Source: an uncultured candidatus Porisulfidus sp. (GTDB lineage Bacteria > Pseudomonadota > Gammaproteobacteria > Poriferisulfidales > Poriferisulfidaceae). From it: a stretch of DNA of 64,000 nt. The stretch spans positions 1,408,001 through 1,472,000 of the forward strand of contig OZ241993.1 in the NCBI GenBank assembly GCA_965204575.1, given 5' to 3'. The position numbers and the translations under genes were made by a program. Of the stretch, positions 61,787-64,000 are shown one piece after another; the stretch's first letter is position 1, and every line of letters starts with the position of its first letter. The notes under the pieces are model-generated. The model saw only the letters and a program-made list of their open reading frames with translations. It was not told where the DNA came from and searched no databases.

Positions 61787-64000
61787 ATGCCTGTATGCTC
61801 TTACCCCGGCGGCAAGGCGCTGACCGATCATTCCCGGCACAGGCTCAATGTCCGCCTCCAGGCACATGGCCACGGGCAGGTTTCCAGTGCACGTTTCCTG
61901 CATTTTGTGGACTGTGAGCGGGCTCTCGACCCAACTGAGGAGGGAATCCTCGCAGGGCTCCTGGACTACGCGCCGGCCGTAGACGAGCCGACCTCAGGTC
62001 CCTCAGTCCTTGTTGTCCCGCGGCTTGGCACGATCTCGCCATGGTCTAGTAAGGCCACTGAAATTGTCCGGAATTGCGGACTGACCGCTGTTCTAAGAGT
62101 GGAGAGAGGGGTGGAATACCGCCTGCAAGGCGTGGATCATGCCTCACCGGAACAAGTTGCCTTGCTGCATGATCGGATGACCGAATCGATCTTGGCTCAC
62201 CGAGAACAGTGCGAGAAGCTTTTTGAGCATCCGGAGCCAGCCCCGCTTGAGCGGATCTCCCTAGGCTCTCAGCCCGCCGAAGCACTGCACGAGGCCAACC
62301 AAGCCTATGGTCTGGCCCTTTCCGAGGCAGATATCGAATATCTGACCCAGGCTTATAACCAGCTTGGGCGGGATCCCACGGATGCCGAATTGATGATGTT
62401 CGCCCAAGTTAATTCTGAACATTGCCGACACAAGATTTTCAATGCACGCTGGACGATTGATGGGAAACCGATGCCGAAGAGCCTGTTCGAAATGATCCAG
62501 CATACGCATGCCGTGTCGCCGGACGGGACTCTGTCGGCCTACCGCGACAATGCCGCAGTACTTGACCTAGGCCGTAGCCGCCGTTCTGCAGTTGATCCGA
62601 AGACTCGCGCATGGGAGGCCATCGACGATGACTACGGAATGGTCATCAAAGTGGAGACGCACAACCACCCGACGGGCATTTCTCCATTCCCAGGTGCTGC
62701 GACGGGCAGCGGGGGAGAGATTCGCGATGAAACCGCCTGCGGCCGGGGAGGGCGCCCGAAGGCGGGCCTATGCGGGTTCACGGTATCGAACCTCAATCTC
62801 GACACATGGCCGCGGCCTTGGGAGGATTTGTCCCGGGAGCATCCGCCCCGCATGGCCCAACCGCTGGACATCATGATCGAAGGCCCAATCGGAGCAGCCT
62901 CCTTCAACAACGAGTTTGGCCGGCCATGCTTGGCTGGGTACTTTCGTACCTTGGAAGGTGAAGCACCTGCACCTGCGGGGCGCAAGGTATTCGGCTACCA
63001 CAAACCAATCATGATCGCGGGAGGCGTTGGCAGCATCCGCAAGGATCATGTGCAGAAACAGCCGATTCCCGAAGGGGCTTTGATCGTGGTTCTGGGAGGT
63101 CCGGCGATGTTGATTGGTTTGGGGGGTGGGGCCGCATCATCGCAGCATACGGGAGCAGGAGACGAAGAACTGGATTACGCTTCGGTACAGCGCAGCAATC
63201 CTGAAATGCAGCGTCGCGCCCAAGAAGTCATTGAGCAGTGCACGGCATGGGGAACAGACAATCCGATTCTGGCTTTGCACGATGTGGGTGCAGGCGGGCT
63301 CTCCAATGCCATTCCGGAACTGATTGACGGAGAACTGGGTGGCGCAGAGTTGGATTTGCGCGAGATCCCATGTGCAGACAGCGGGATGTCGCCACGGGAA
63401 ATTTGGTGCAATGAGTCGCAGGAGCGCTATGTGCTCACGATCCGGGCCGAAGCGATCGAGAACTTTTCCGAACTGTGCCGTAGGGAACGATGCCCATTCT
63501 CGATAGTTGGCCAAGCTGCTGCTGACGGCCAATTGCGCTTGAAAGACCCGCATTTCGGAGAAACTGCAGCAGACGTGCCCTTGACGCTCTTGTTCGGGGA
63601 ATCCTCCAAGATGGATATAGCCGTGCCTTCGGTGGATTGCCCGGATGTGCCGCTGGACCTGAAGGACATTGAGCTCTCGGAGGCGATAGAGCGTGTACTG
63701 ACATTGCCTTGCGTGGGCTCCAAGTCTTTCCTGATTACGATTGGAGATCGCTCGGTAGGAGGCTTGACGGTTCGGGATCAGATGGTCGGGCCCTGGCAGG
63801 TTCCGGTTGCGGATGCGGCAGTGACGGCCTGTGATTTCGAGGGAGTCAAGGGAGAAGCCATGGCAATGGGGGAGAGGCCGACCTTGGCCGTCCATCGCCC
63901 AGCGGCTTCCGCGCGCATGGCGGTGGCAGAAGCCCTCACTAATCTAGCCAGCGTGAAGGTGCTAGACCGAGCCCGGATCCGCCTGTCTGCGAATTGGATG
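61787..64000 (+). CDS. purL: phosphoribosylformylglycinamidine synthase (runs off the window)
   Basis: manual translation gives VVPRLGTISPWSSKAT, MMFAQVNSEHCRHKIFNA and KVETHNHPT; absent from the ORF track because no stop falls in the window. Confidence 0.95.
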   Translation, partial: MPVCSYPGGKALTDHSRHRLNVRLQAHGHGQVSSARFLHFVDCERALDPTEEGILAGLLDYAPAVDEPTSGPSVLVVPRLGTISPWSSKATEIVRNCGLTAVLRVERGVEYRLQGVDHASPEQVALLHDRMTESILAHREQCEKLFEHPEPAPLERISLGSQPAEALHEANQAYGLALSEADIEYLTQAYNQLGRDPTDAELMMFAQVNSEHCRHKIFNARWTIDGKPMPKSLFEMIQHTHAVSPDGTLSAYRDNAAVLDLGRSRRSAVDPKTRAWEAIDDDYGMVIKVETHNHPTGISPFPGAATGSGGEIRDETACGRGGRPKAGLCGFTVSNLNLDTWPRPWEDLSREHPPRMAQPLDIMIEGPIGAASFNNEFGRPCLAGYFRTLEGEAPAPAGRKVFGYHKPIMIAGGVGSIRKDHVQKQPIPEGALIVVLGGPAMLIGLGGGAASSQHTGAGDEELDYASVQRSNPEMQRRAQEVIEQCTAWGTDNPILALHDVGAGGLSNAIPELIDGELGGAELDLREIPCADSGMSPREIWCNESQERYVLTIRAEAIENFSELCRRERCPFSIVGQAAADGQLRLKDPHFGETAADVPLTLLFGESSKMDIAVPSVDCPDVPLDLKDIELSEAIERVLTLPCVGSKSFLITIGDRSVGGLTVRDQMVGPWQVPVADAAVTACDFEGVKGEAMAMGERPTLAVHRPAASARMAVAEALTNLASVKVLDRARIRLSANWM

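Overview
A GC-rich gammaproteobacterial chromosome segment. The tmRNA tag is ANDDNYALAA, and the gene order and soxY/YeeE genes suggest sulfur metabolism. Most of it is housekeeping: leuS-lptE, serS, aspS-nudB-yebC-ruvCAB-tol/pal-queEC, ilvIHC, coaBC-dut-pmm, bioBF, guaBA-tadA, leuA, ssrA and purL, plus tRNA-Arg(ACG) and tRNA-Lys(TTT). Accessory content includes toxin-antitoxin modules, a Mo-oxidoreductase/flavin-ferredoxin pair, an acyl-CoA ligase/ABC operon and a TonB-receptor/RND deletion scar. The standout is two diverged ~1.46 kb elements (45214-46671 and 60268-61726). Each encodes only a TnpB nuclease with intact catalytic motifs, yet is bounded by 24-bp ISL3-like terminal inverted repeats and its own 8-bp target-site duplication. 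That is not how IS200/IS605 or IS607 elements move. An omega-RNA-like fold ends at an internal TCAA and is followed by a sequence identical in both copies, suggesting a DDE-mobilised TnpB with a possibly fixed guide. All family assignments come from motif recognition by eye; no database searches were run.
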